From the IMG/VR virus record IMGVR_UViG_3300030419_002087, positions 32,001-96,000 of that record: 64,000 nt of DNA. The stretch is one strand, 5' to 3'. Shown one piece after another: positions 22,601-30,900 of this stretch. The position numbers and the translations under genes were made by a program. Below the pieces are notes generated by a model. It saw only the letters and a program-made list of their open reading frames with translations. It was not told the origin of the DNA and did no database searches. Every line of letters begins with the position of its first letter. Position 1 is the stretch's first letter. Origin of the DNA: a virus.

Positions 22601-25600
22601 TATCCTCGTGCAACTGGTGCTGCAACAACAACAGGAGCTGATTATCTTTACGACACCTCTATTAGTATTGGTTCAACGACAACTAACACCGTTACTATAA
22701 ATGCAAACGGTGGAATGGGTGCTATTACAGACACCACTGGTCATGTCTTTGTTGTTAACTCTAAACTAACTCCAACTGATGCAGATTACAATCCCAACAC
22801 TGGTGTTGTAACGATTACAGTTAATGGTCATGGTATGGCCAATGGTGATTATGTCAAACTTGATGATAGTTGCTTGAAGTTTAGTTGTACTTATGGCGCT
22901 GGTGGTAATGGAGATTATCCTAGAGCATCTGATCCAATTAGTGGCCAATGGGTAAGAGTATTTGGTGTAACTGCTAATACATTCGATATTCAAGTTTTAA
23001 CCGCAGATCCATCTACAACTGGAAATGTACCTCCATCTTCTAATGTAGATCCACATACGTTTGTTTCTGCTGTTTCTAACAGTATTACAAGAGGTGTAGT
23101 TAGAACAGGTGGTGATTATCCACATACATTTGTAAATGCTGTTGGAACTCACATTTATGTTGGTGGAACCTCATCTAATGCTATTACAATAACTGCTGGT
23201 AGTGTTCAGAAGGATGTAACTGATGCAACTTATATCCCAAGTACAGGTCTATTGACCATGACCATTGGTACTCATTCCTTCACAACTTCGGATACTGTGA
23301 CAATTGGTGCTGATAAGTTGGCCTTTACTTGTGATGCTGATAATCATGCAACAACTCATTATTATCCTCGTGCAACTGATCCAGTATACAATATAGCAAG
23401 TCCAATTGAATCAGTTACTTCAACAACAATAACTGTTGATGTAGGTTCACCGAAACAACAAGACGGTATTACTAAAGGTATTATTACAAAACCAACTTCT
23501 GTAATTAGACTTGCTGATAAATCATTAACATTTAAGTGTTCTAGTGATAACTTCGTTACTCCACAGTCTTATCCACGTAACGGTACACAGAATCCACCAA
23601 TAGTAACTGTTGGATTGGGAAGTGGATATAGTGATTTACAATACAGTGGTGGTTCTGGTAGTGGATTTAAGGCCTCTATTCAGATTGGTAGTGGTGGAAG
23701 TGTTACTGACTTTACTGTAGTAGATTCTGGTATAGGATATAAGAATGATGAAGTATTGACTGTTGTGGGTGTTCCAACTGCAAATGGTGGATATAGCGCA
23801 CATACAATTACAGTTAATTCTATTACTAATGATTTGTTCTCTGGTTGGTCATTCGGTCAATTATTAGAACTTGACAGTTTTGCCGATCAATTTGATGGTA
23901 ATCAAACTACATTTACATTAACTAGAACAACTGTTACTAAGGATATTGTAAATATCGCAAGTAATGATACTAGTATTGATGTTGGTAATAACTTATTAGT
24001 ATTCTTAAATGATATATTGCAACAGCCAGGATCAAACTATACATTCAGTGGTGGTACTCAATTAACATTTAGTGAACCACCTAAAGCTGGTAGTAAGTTA
24101 CAAGTTCTATTCTTTAGAGGATCTAATAAGGATGTAGATGATGGTAGTCCATTCATAACCATTAAGAAAGGTGATTATTTACAACTTGAAGAGAATGGAG
24201 TATATGAACAACAAGATCCAAGAAGAGTTATTGAAATTACTGGTGTTCAGAAAGTTCAAACAAACATTTATAATGGAGTTGGTATTAATGCTGATAAGAC
24301 GTTTACTAGGCAAATGGCCTGGACTAAACAGAAACAGGATTTGATTCTTGATAATCTACCACTTGCTAAAGATAGGAGTAATTATATCCCAAGAATAAGT
24401 CCTACTGCTTATATTATTCAGCCTGTAGGAGTTGGTTCACAGGAGATATTTGTTGATAACGCCTATCCAACATTCAGTGCATATGATAACAGAGCAACAC
24501 CTAATGAAGTTCCTGGCGCTGGTATTGAGTTAGTTAAAGCTAATATTGTTGATCGTGCAGATGCCACAGTATCGGTTTCTGCTGGTGGAACAGTGTTTAA
24601 TGCAGTTGTTACTGATGGTGGTGCAGGTTATCAAACTGTTCCAACTGTTTCCTTTGCTGCAACTATTCCTAGAGTTCGTGAAATTGGTAAGAATTGGTCT
24701 TCCAGACTATCTGCTCTTGATCAGGATTGGAGAACTGTTACACGTAACGGTTATGGATTATTTGTTATTGCTGGTGATAGTAGTGGTATTAATACATCAT
24801 CTAATGGTAAACAGTGGTATGCTAGTGGTAACTCTACTACCTTTGGTGATATTAAAGGAATCGTTGGTATGGGTACTCATACTGTTTTGGTTGGTGCAAG
24901 TGGAACTTGTGGATTCTCAACAAATGGTAGAACGTTCAGTAAATCAACAGTTTACAGAAGGAGAAATGTATTCCCATTAGTATTCTGGGATGATATTACT
25001 CTTGCTGGTGATATGAATGCCCTCGCATATGGTGATGGAATTGGTGTTGCAGTTGGTGCTGCTGGATCAATTATGTTCACTAAGCCTGGTGCGGCTGGAT
25101 TTGGTACTGCTTTTGAATTGGCCCAGAAGTTTAGTTCTACTAATCTAAATGGTGTTGGTAATAACGGTAATGTATTTGTTGCCGTTGGTGTTAATGGAGA
25201 AATGTTGAGATCACCTAATGGTGAAAACTATGTTGGTGTAACTACTACAACTGTTTCTACTACTCTAAATGATGTTACTTATGCAGATGGTAAGTGGATT
25301 GCAGTTGGTGCTGCTGGAACTATTATCAAGTCTACCGATGATGGTCAGAATTGGGCTGTAGTTTCTGCTGGTGGTACATTTGACTTGAATAAAGTTGGAT
25401 ATGCAAACAGTGTCTTTGTTGCAGTTGGTCAAAGTGGAATGGTTATGAATTCCGTTGACGGAACAAATTGGTATAAGAAATTCATTGGAGTTGGAACTGA
25501 CTTTGCTGGTCTTGCATTTGGTGATAATAAATTTGTTGCTGCTGGTCTATCATCAGCAATATACACATCTGAGTTTGAATCTGTATCTGCTGCTGGTACT

Positions 25601-26263
25601 GCAACCGTTTCAGCTGCTGGAACAATAACTTCAATTAATATTGATGATGGTGGTTTTGGTTATGATATAAATGCTCCTGTTGAAGTACTTGTTTCTGTTG
25701 AACCAGTTATTAGAGAAGTTATTACTAGTGTAAATGCTGAAGGTGACTTTGGAGATGTTGTTAGTGTTGCAACTTCTGCTGCTGGAATAAACACCACAAG
25801 TCCAATGTTGATATTTGAACTTGATTCATCATCATTCTTGAATCAGGCTGGATTTGGTAATATCTCTAAATCTGGTATCGCTGCTGGTGATTACTTTGTT
25901 GTTACTAATTCAACAACTGGAGTCGCCTGTACTTCTATAAATCTTGGTAATGAGATCGTCGGATCTGGTACAACATTCTTAGATAATGTCTATGTTGTTG
26001 GCCAAAGAGATGAGTCAACTAGTGGTATTGTTACTGTATTCTGTAATGTAAGGAGTATCGCTGGAATAGGAACGACTACTTATAGTCCTAGAATTGGTAA
26101 ATATAGTTGGGGAAGATTCTATAGTTTCCAAAGAGATAGACTTTCTCCTCAAGCTTTCCCTGCTTACACCAACAACGGTTCGGCAGGTATTGACACCAAT
26201 CCAACAGTAGTCAGGATCAAACCACTCGCTGAAAATTACAGCGACTTTGATCAGACATCATAA
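10697..26263 (+). CDS. gp7: giant baseplate wedge protein (gp7 position), 5188 aa, with YHYH-like domain, Cys/His repeat modules and C-terminal beta-propeller
   Basis: lies between gp6 and gp8; KDFYASKGT N-terminal motif; DNDYYQNFSY...HPTG motif; SPILGWAYDGSPIYGPYG...DLDQYNGR. Confidence 0.8.
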   Translation: MIDTTSQKVKVNQVIFSQIPSFVQEENPLFVEFLKSYYQGQEYQGGSIDIIQNLNEYQKVETYSNNDSLIGFTTCSGAVTFYDSTINVVSTDGWPDTYGLLRINDEVISYTGKTKTSFTGCLRGFSGVENLHTPSNPEQLVFKDTNAAQHKDETQVINLSNLFLQEFWKKTKTLFLPGFEDRKLVNEVDKANFLRQAKDFYASKGTNEAVSILFKVLYGKDVEVIKPIDYLLAPSDADYVITEDIVAELISGDALKTIGQVIKQTGDDYSEASIFNIRYLPKNGKDYYVISLSKSTAKGEFSITGGTALTNNIGVGATVLTVDSTLGFPNIGDFYVGAGITVGIATYTSRSSTQFFGVSGISSAYQQGSTVRSSNTLVSYEEGDLKKPVIFRMTAVANNADLGNVGFLYPGDILRAKNLGNFTKSTNQRLNSWIHNVKTTSNVSKDIYTNTSNINVGTNEINTTDPHLLRLGDPITVMDLTSNTPQNVEGTVSQIVDNNTFQINITSGTLSVNRTYKVRNNTIFANSNDPKLGVSEFVANVQNTYSDDGEKNSYVASGSLPAYTIYATERIKAFTGANVGDNEITINNHGFFTGDLIKYRPTGVGRTTLVGLATDANYAVTKIDNNTVKLSQSIGDAAVKRFLDINSGSLPALTHELVPYELSGKSVEHQRFLRKIPTEVSLNEFNKELKNEPVGMFRNGVEVMSNRSGDYIRYGTVRTIEVQNGGKEYDVAYPPNINITDTVGTGATAYAIVENGKVERIDILSGGYDLRDVPKITIEGANGVGAAAVGRLRRVQTVRGFSPDLNVNLTTDTITLDDRHLFDNGESVYYRKGVGYAAIGGLVDNSLYYLHTPSETQVQFMATYDDAVSGINTINLTSKSAGSNTLTSTKFRNILDSVVITNQGSGYSNRRNVVNNTLYPPISYLSEGEVNSGINTANHYIYFKDHGFNHGDLIEYDSTGPISGLSTDQNYYVIKLDESKFRLSSAGIGTTLTDVNYVKDDYVEFGNIGSANHTFKYPDLHIGVEAISGVANTTYSTPKLRPVCLGELIQCPITSSGTGYGVTDCINVHRRPDVTISNGSRGLIDVVIADGEIVQAFIKSGGGGYATPPKLEVRGDGQFAKLVANTTDGVITSVTIVSTGKGYTSKNTTVAVIPSGSGAKLVGNVQKWDISFLAKYRGNISENDDGVIIPSQGDYGLKYVHAYASRKLRQVLDDNIENDFSEKSSVSHSPILGWAYDGSPIYGPYGFGTPTGGLVRRMISGYTKVTRSNRPPVLEFPTGTFINDYVYTATGDLDQYNGRFCKTPEFPNGIYAYFATIEATNSSDAPFVNTREPEFPYIIGGYKYKREDFNVDPSSIQTLDLLNSGDLVRNTYYYKFGSSSSEYDYLTRNQLEDTELIVRSTQKAGISTVNVIIPGQSYKVGDRITFNNLNSGGSGASAKVKTLVGKGLSTLTYERLVVPNVKFRYENDVVVGVATTAHNLNDKDLVVVGGIGTGELNFIQGAYKIGVSSVVVKTDEFLGYASTTGITTFVTLNTSGADETIEVDDILGIGTERVTVLDVNETTNKYRILRDFGIWPNSSHPAGTKVHVDQRRFTYDVGIKTDLTTRKNRKIVFDPFGSIGIGTTVQVVSVTGIGTTTRVVVKASDESVLFDHAIPPEGSSADNSITLLEHGFVTGQKLKYNKGSVGNGLTCSNSVALTGLLTLQDGQTVYAVRKSPNLLGITTTIAGIGTTTGSLYFAFGGSIGKDHSFTTTEKEYIGHIERFDVNAKTSSDHTLQTGNEVKISILPSQTTTTLIEYDTLARKTIVDPYYVGSATTFVGVGASDSLITITDHGWDAGDKVLYKSGSNVIAPLVDRGEYFVQKINDNQFRLTTNYTDATNYGGEFIGITTFGSGIHKFSRINPHLLGTRGSTIGFAVSDPTLTDLRLEFYEDENFVTRFEGVGISTELVRSGTPGQAGSLVNLKLTDNVPTPLYYKLVPTDLNSIDVNKRDAVPDQTVAAGSKIIINNSTFAGNFGIRTTSNTDFIYQVTKAPESSSYNTLGVTTFSYSTGSKDALGGVNEIDVTFAGLGYERNPGVSTITTTTGLNALLRLYDDNIGRAGLTEMIKIGYEYPSDKSIQPSVDIPTILTVSNNFTLSNVGVITAGRNYVSAPDLIVPDSSEVKLKAYLNGTSIGEVEVQRKGRGFNEVPNPPRIIPVNNTNGAGIVSTSSNGVTNFLTIAQPTNGWKPDGSDFPFKVGDNVYVEGVGTAQTQFSASKGGYNSDLYDYKLFEVVTTNPGNSQLTYSIAGLGTTGGTFDPDNSAGRVIRQQDLPTFTALLTPEPFFSGERVTYGANGKAFVLENAGYNPVTNTLRLRTPTADFALGQVIKGQLSGAEGTIRNIEKFSSFYKTSYFADRPKGWQRETGKPNNDFQKIEDNDYYQNFSYSVKSEVPIETWKPAVDSLIHPTGYKNFSDLVVPSVTTSGVGRSVDLRINESTPPGIANLSVSIDNEESFFTRKDFDEAGEETLTNGLSKFITLRNRKIAAFINVKSNKVDVIDDLSDQFTGIGTTTSALIVGLSSFRLTTNEGQITPFTKTFNPTGTISIGSSLINYNNHNFQTGERIKYDPGGAYGSNRLAINATNVVLGGVTTNFLPAELYAIKFNNNQFAVAGLATAAEQNSPLIFSSVGSGTSHSFDVNRPDDRVVIQVDGILQPPLFRRKVDVALAEAVGVGSTTIKVVGVTSITGNDLLNIGNEIVRITNVGFGSTNVLAVNRGVLGSVAAAHTVGAACTMRGGTFHIVKDVLHFVTPPYGTVGVTTFSGPGIGTNSTFQGRIFNRADPTTNFIFDDLSQDFTGVGKTFTLLQDNEDVTGIVTTILGPEVINQGIICINNIFQRPAFDYNMAERQDPGIGASIFFTGDDRESLPRGGKVNEYTIGFGTNYQPLVAAAATAIVNNDGSIQSVVVTGGGAGYRNGPIDIMVYNQTPTGAGIGSTAVLTATVGNAGIHTYNGGTSSNAVTIGSTAKNVTNATYDAITGELVMTIGSHTFTTSDTATIGANKLSFTCSVDDHQTSHTYPRATDPVSGVAIGIQAVSSTTITVNVGAVRGTVTGITTVSGGTGYSSPDPVFAKDIPVVSTAGTTITVNVNPSYPGSIYEHQYVSAATSAVYNGGNYVHTFKPASSSLSDAVFTGGDYNHKFVRVLGNAVNVQSGAESGNQKTPNNVSYVASTGVLTLEFGSAHGMSTSDTITLDANSIFMSCERDNYQSEHGYPRSTDPISGVTTAVTVTSSTAFTINVGSSPQVNHAITTSTYTPTDGNLVLNVGAGHPFTAPTSHTISTCSYNPHNGYMDFEITSHGFSAGEYIQIPGNALTFTCSMDGHATQHTYPRTGSRDTDRIGQGWLPIDQVGVNTFRVYVGAANETSVGVHTFVSSKANSVNITSGSESGNQKTPNAADYNPETGILELSFASNHGVSTGDTLTLDNSSLTFTCSKDNHATEHTYPRAAVDPIAGVGTVVTKTSDKSFNIFVGLAEPGSVGVHTFVSASAQIKRAKTVIGIKTDSLGFTCSQNNHGTVHTYPRPTGDPVHNRQIGVGATATETVTVFVGITTAESYQVDNADYDQFDGDLILSIGANNLTTPTAFCPTKSIYDPTSGIVTCTQVGHELQTGDKIKPGQGTLQFKCTYDVSDASYNPITGDLTLTVGAGHGLVAEVDSIRIPENALTFTCDYNGDGNTTQKTYPRSSGASTSDGADYAYNTDLLIKSVANTTITVNVNGGQGPITDLTTHNFVSGSTVNPAVVFGTKKYPRSSDPIRDPLNRHQGWMPVTRESKDEFSFWCGTSPNTSTHTFVANDFLTPTNANYNGASGLLTVETNVDHKLAEGDFVKFEKGAFTLSCEMNNNATTHDYPRKTDPTYFQWLPISNVGPKNFDVSVGTSPVGILTVSAATYNPSSGALVLTMNNHGLKVGQAIRLCANSLIFTCNYNGDGNTTEKTYPRATGAATTTGADYLYDTSISIGSTTTNTVTINANGGMGAITDTTGHVFVVNSKLTPTDADYNPNTGVVTITVNGHGMANGDYVKLDDSCLKFSCTYGAGGNGDYPRASDPISGQWVRVFGVTANTFDIQVLTADPSTTGNVPPSSNVDPHTFVSAVSNSITRGVVRTGGDYPHTFVNAVGTHIYVGGTSSNAITITAGSVQKDVTDATYIPSTGLLTMTIGTHSFTTSDTVTIGADKLAFTCDADNHATTHYYPRATDPVYNIASPIESVTSTTITVDVGSPKQQDGITKGIITKPTSVIRLADKSLTFKCSSDNFVTPQSYPRNGTQNPPIVTVGLGSGYSDLQYSGGSGSGFKASIQIGSGGSVTDFTVVDSGIGYKNDEVLTVVGVPTANGGYSAHTITVNSITNDLFSGWSFGQLLELDSFADQFDGNQTTFTLTRTTVTKDIVNIASNDTSIDVGNNLLVFLNDILQQPGSNYTFSGGTQLTFSEPPKAGSKLQVLFFRGSNKDVDDGSPFITIKKGDYLQLEENGVYEQQDPRRVIEITGVQKVQTNIYNGVGINADKTFTRQMAWTKQKQDLILDNLPLAKDRSNYIPRISPTAYIIQPVGVGSQEIFVDNAYPTFSAYDNRATPNEVPGAGIELVKANIVDRADATVSVSAGGTVFNAVVTDGGAGYQTVPTVSFAATIPRVREIGKNWSSRLSALDQDWRTVTRNGYGLFVIAGDSSGINTSSNGKQWYASGNSTTFGDIKGIVGMGTHTVLVGASGTCGFSTNGRTFSKSTVYRRRNVFPLVFWDDITLAGDMNALAYGDGIGVAVGAAGSIMFTKPGAAGFGTAFELAQKFSSTNLNGVGNNGNVFVAVGVNGEMLRSPNGENYVGVTTTTVSTTLNDVTYADGKWIAVGAAGTIIKSTDDGQNWAVVSAGGTFDLNKVGYANSVFVAVGQSGMVMNSVDGTNWYKKFIGVGTDFAGLAFGDNKFVAAGLSSAIYTSEFESVSAAGTATVSAAGTITSINIDDGGFGYDINAPVEVLVSVEPVIREVITSVNAEGDFGDVVSVATSAAGINTTSPMLIFELDSSSFLNQAGFGNISKSGIAAGDYFVVTNSTTGVACTSINLGNEIVGSGTTFLDNVYVVGQRDESTSGIVTVFCNVRSIAGIGTTTYSPRIGKYSWGRFYSFQRDRLSPQAFPAYTNNGSAGIDTNPTVVRIKPLAENYSDFDQTS
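19645..23580 (+). repeat. about 12 copies of a ~100-aa module (Y.P.TG.L...HG...LTFTC..D.H.T.HTYPR.TDP...HTFV) within gp7
   Basis: 12 YPR-containing units counted in the translation; nucleotide-level similarity between pairs (~19650/23150, ~20245/20935, ~21790/22555). Confidence 0.85.
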
Positions 26264-26290
26264 ATAAATCTATAGGAAAACCGTAGTAAA

Positions 26291-27898
26291 ATGCCCGCAA
26301 TTATTAGTGATCAATTTAGGATCTTAAATGCTGCGAATTTTGTAGCTGGTGTGGCGGATACCACCCAATCATATTACACTTATCTTGGTTTGCCCAATTC
26401 AGGTGATTTTGGTGCTGGTTACGGTACTACGGATTGGAATACAAACACTCCCGCCCCCAAGGACGGATTTAGAGAATATAATGATGATTACGACACAATG
26501 ATCGCACTCAAGAAATTGAGTACAGGTGACGTAAAGAGAATGATTAGAAAATATTCGTGGTCTGGTGGTACAGTTTTTGAGATGTATAAGAATAATTATA
26601 CTCGAAGTAACTTATCTCCACAGACTTCTTCAACTAATCTGTATGATGCAAAATATTATATTGTAAACAGTCAATTTAAGGTTTATCTTTGTATTAACAA
26701 TGGCCAAGATCCTGCTAACCCATTAGGTAAGCAGTCACTTGACGAACCAACTTTTACTGATTTAGAACCAAAGGCTGCTGGTACTTCTGGTGATGGATAT
26801 CTCTGGAAGTATATGTACACCATTAATCCAAGTGATATTGTTAAATTTGATTCTATTGACTATATTCCTGTTCCTGATAATTGGGGTGATGGAGATACAA
26901 CAGATGTTAAAAATGCATCTGTTGATGGTAAAGTCGAAACAGCCTTAATTGTTAACTCTGGTGGTGGATATCAACCAATTTCTACTACATTTAATAATAT
27001 TCCAATTTTAGGTGATGGTACTGGAGGTAAAGCTTCTGTTACTGTTGATGCTCAAGGTAAAGTTTCGGATGTTACTGTAACTAATGGTGGTGTTAATTAT
27101 ACAAGAGGTGTTATTAATTTCTTCCCAGGCGCTCCTGGCTCTGAAACTGGTGGCCCTATTGTAGGACTTTCTGCTGTTGGTGTTGGTACAACATCTGTTG
27201 CTGAATTTGAAGTTGTAATGCCTCCTCCTGGCGGTCATGGTGCTGATGTTTATCGTGAATTAGGTGCATTTAGAGTCCTATTGTATAGTAGATTTGAAAA
27301 TGATGCATCAAACCCAGATTTTATTATCGGGAATGATTTTGCAAGAATTGGAGTAGTTAAAAATCCATTAACTCCATCTGGGTCAATCTTAAATTCATCT
27401 AGAGCTAGTGCTTTAGTTGGATTGAAATTACAGAGTTTGACTCCTGGCGGAAGTGTAGTTAATACTACTTTCAAGGTTGATAGTCCTGTATATCAAACAA
27501 TTGGTGTTGGTTCAACAGCAGTTGGATATGTTGCTAGTTGGGATAGTGCTACTGCTGTATTGAAAATCTATAATCCAGTTGGATTAGGTTCTACCGCCTA
27601 TGGATTTAGACTTAATGATTTCACATCACAAATAGGTGTTGGTGGAAGTTATGCTGTTAATGGTCAATCAGCTGGTGGAACTCTTGGTATTGATACAAGT
27701 TTTGGAAATGTTAGTACGCCAGGCACAGCTACCACTGTTGGTAATGCTTTAGTCCAATTAGGACAAAGTTTCGTGGAGGGTGTTGCATCACCCGAAATTA
27801 AAAAATATTCTGGGGATATGTTATACATAGATAACAGGGCCGCGATACAACGTAGCGCTAACCAGAAAGAAGACATTAAGATCGTATTAGAGTTCTAA
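26291..27898 (+). CDS. gp8: baseplate wedge subunit gp8
   Basis: MPAIISDQFRILNA..., VYLCINN, DGYLWKYMYTI, QKEDIKIVLEF; late-like CATAAATA at 26259. Confidence 0.9.
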   Translation: MPAIISDQFRILNAANFVAGVADTTQSYYTYLGLPNSGDFGAGYGTTDWNTNTPAPKDGFREYNDDYDTMIALKKLSTGDVKRMIRKYSWSGGTVFEMYKNNYTRSNLSPQTSSTNLYDAKYYIVNSQFKVYLCINNGQDPANPLGKQSLDEPTFTDLEPKAAGTSGDGYLWKYMYTINPSDIVKFDSIDYIPVPDNWGDGDTTDVKNASVDGKVETALIVNSGGGYQPISTTFNNIPILGDGTGGKASVTVDAQGKVSDVTVTNGGVNYTRGVINFFPGAPGSETGGPIVGLSAVGVGTTSVAEFEVVMPPPGGHGADVYRELGAFRVLLYSRFENDASNPDFIIGNDFARIGVVKNPLTPSGSILNSSRASALVGLKLQSLTPGGSVVNTTFKVDSPVYQTIGVGSTAVGYVASWDSATAVLKIYNPVGLGSTAYGFRLNDFTSQIGVGGSYAVNGQSAGGTLGIDTSFGNVSTPGTATTVGNALVQLGQSFVEGVASPEIKKYSGDMLYIDNRAAIQRSANQKEDIKIVLEF

Positions 27899-27902
27899 GA
27901 AC

Positions 27903-30900
27903 ATGCCACAAGAGACAAACCTCAATGTAAGTCCTTATTTTGACGATTTTAATGAGGACAAGAATTTTAATAGGGTTCTGTTTAAGCCCGCTACGCCAAT
28001 TCAGGCTAGAGAATTAACACAATTACAATCGATTCTCCAAAATCAGATTGAAAGATTTGGACAACATTTCTTCAAAGAAGGATCTCAGGTTATCCCTGGC
28101 CAGATTGCTTATGACTCTCAATATAATGCTGTAGAACTTACTGAAAGTTTCTTAGGTATACAACTGACCAATTATATTGATCAATTAGTAGGTAAAACTA
28201 TTAAAGGTGAACAATCTGGTGTTGTAGCTAAAGTTGTTAATAATTTAACTGCAACTAAGTCCGACAGAGGAAATAATACTCTTTATGTAAAATATCAGAA
28301 GTCTGGTGATGATTTTGAGACCGTAACTTTTCAGGACGGTGAAAATTTAATCTGTACTAGTGATATTGAATATGGTAATACTAGAATTGTAGCTAATAAC
28401 CCTTTTGCTGCTTGTATTCCATCCAATGCATGTTCTATTGGATCTGCTGCTTCTATTGCGGATGGTGTTTATTTTGTTAGAGGATTCTTTGTAAAAGTAA
28501 CTGCAAATACTGTAATTCTTGATCAGTATACTAATGATCCAACATGTAGAGTTGGTCTGTTTATTAGTGAAAATTTAGTTACTGCTTATTCAGATGATAC
28601 ATTATTTGATAATGCATCTGGTTTCTCTAACTATGCTGCGCCTGGAGCTGATAGACTTCAACTTCAAACTACTCTTATAAAGAAAGATATTGATGAATTT
28701 AACGATGAGAATTTCGTTGAATTGATGAGATTGAAGAGTGGTAATATTGAAAAATTTGTAGAAAAGACAGATTATAATATTTTAAAGGATGAATTGGCCA
28801 GAAGAACATATGAAACTAGTGGTGATTATTATGTAAAACCTTTCCAAGTTAATATTAAGGAATCTCTTAATAATAGACAAGGAAATGGTGGTATCTATTA
28901 TAAAGATCAAAAAACTGCTGAAGGTAATGATCCATCAAAAGATTTGATGGTTTATCAAATGTCGCCTGGTAAGGCATATGTAAAAGGATATGATATAAAG
29001 AAAATTACTTCTACAAATATTGATGTAGAAAAACCAAGAACAATTAAGACTATAGAAAGTGATATAGTTCCTGTTGAAACAACATCTAGTGTTATTGTTA
29101 ATAATGTTTATGGATCTCCAAAAATAGGTTTTGGATCAACAGCTACAATAGATCTTTATACTGATAGAATTAATAGTGGTGGTAGTGCAAATGGTACATA
29201 TATCGGTAATGCAAAGGTATATGACTTTAAATTAGAGAATACTCCATATGCAAATGCTGCAACCAACTATGAAGTTTCATTATACGATGTACAGACATTT
29301 ACAGTATTAACAGTTAATACCGCACAAACATTATCAACTCCAATTTATGTGGAGGGTGCAAGAAGTGGGGCCTCTGGTTATCTTAAGAGTAATGTTAGTA
29401 GTAGTGTTTCTTTAACACTTACTGGTACTAAAGGAGCCTTTATTGTAGATGAACCACTTAAAATAAATGGAGTTCAAGAATCTGTTAGTGTAACTTCAGT
29501 TGTTGAATATGATTTTGGAGATGTTAAATCATTCCATCAAAATAATTCACCTAATGTTTTTACAGCTGACTTAGATCTTACAGAAAAATTCTCTATTGCG
29601 CCTCCAGGCACACAGTTTACAATAACTAGTGGTGGTACTGTTACGGTTCCTGGCAAGAGATTTGCTGTAGGAATTAAAACTGGTGATATTGTTTCATATA
29701 ATTTACAGAGTAATAGTGATATAACCTATAACAAGGTATCAGCATTGTCAGCTGATGGATCTACCATGACAATTGTTGCTTGCCCTCAAGATATTGCTGG
29801 GGTTTGTGATAAAGATCTACCAGGCGGTACTGTATCTCCAAGTGATTTTGGTATTGTAAAACCAGCTTTACGTAATGCTCAGAATTCAAGACTAACATCA
29901 AATTTACCTCAAAGGTTTATTTCTTCTGTTGATCTTAAAAATGCTCAACTTTTAATTAGAAAACAGTATGTTCTTAATATATCCTCTAAGAGGGGTACTG
30001 TTACTGTAGATGATCCAGATTTATTCTTCCAACCTTTTGATGAGGAAGATTATAACTTAACATATTCAGATGGATCGATAGAAACTCTTTCATCTCAAAA
30101 TGTTCAGTTTAACGCTGATTTTAAAACAATTACTTTACGAAGTTTAACTAAGACTTCTGATACTAATGCAGTTCTTGTTACCACACTTAAAAAGATAAAT
30201 GTAACTTCAAAAGCTAAAACTCTTTCTAAATGTGCAAAAGTAACATTTAATAGATCAAAACATGATTATTCTGGAACTAATACTACATCATTTAATAATG
30301 GATTAACATATAATGCAATCTATGGAACTAGGGTAGAAGATGATCAGATATGTTTAAATGTTCCAGATGGTCTTAGGGTTCATGCTATATTTGAATCTTC
30401 AGGAACATCAGATCCATCTTTGCCTGGAGCTACTTTAATTAATAGAAGTGATGCTTTAACAAATACAATTCAAGGTGAACAAGTTCTTGGTGTAGAGAGT
30501 GGTGCTTTGGGCCAAGTTGTATCTACAACTACTAGTACATTTGAAGTAGTTTATAAGAATGAATTTATCTTCCAAGTTGGAGAAACACTTATTTTCCAAT
30601 CTTCTGGTATAACTGGAGAAGTTTCTCAAGTTGTAGCTGGTGATAAGAATATTGGTGAAGATTTCCAGTTTGATAATGGAGATAGGAAGGAATATTTAGA
30701 TTATTGTAGAATTGTCAGAGAACCAACTGCTGATGAACCCAAGAAACGAATAACTGTTGTGTTTGACCACTATGTTGTTGATGCTGGATCTGGTGGAGAT
30801 GTAGTTACTGTAAACAGTTATCCTTCAGATGCCTTTGAATATGATTTACCAAAAATTCGTGGTAGAGCTGCTACTGATTTTGTTGATATTAGGCCTAGAG

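Noticed and set aside
19645-23580. gp7 repeats as a diversity-generating retroelement TR/VR pair
   Set aside because: Differences are not adenine-specific, all copies are in-frame coding, and no reverse transcriptase is in the window.
24546-24980. 144-aa alternative-frame ORF in gp7 and similar short overlapping or antisense ORFs in structural genes
   Set aside because: Leu/Val-rich or antisense shadows of the NNT codon bias of the real genes.
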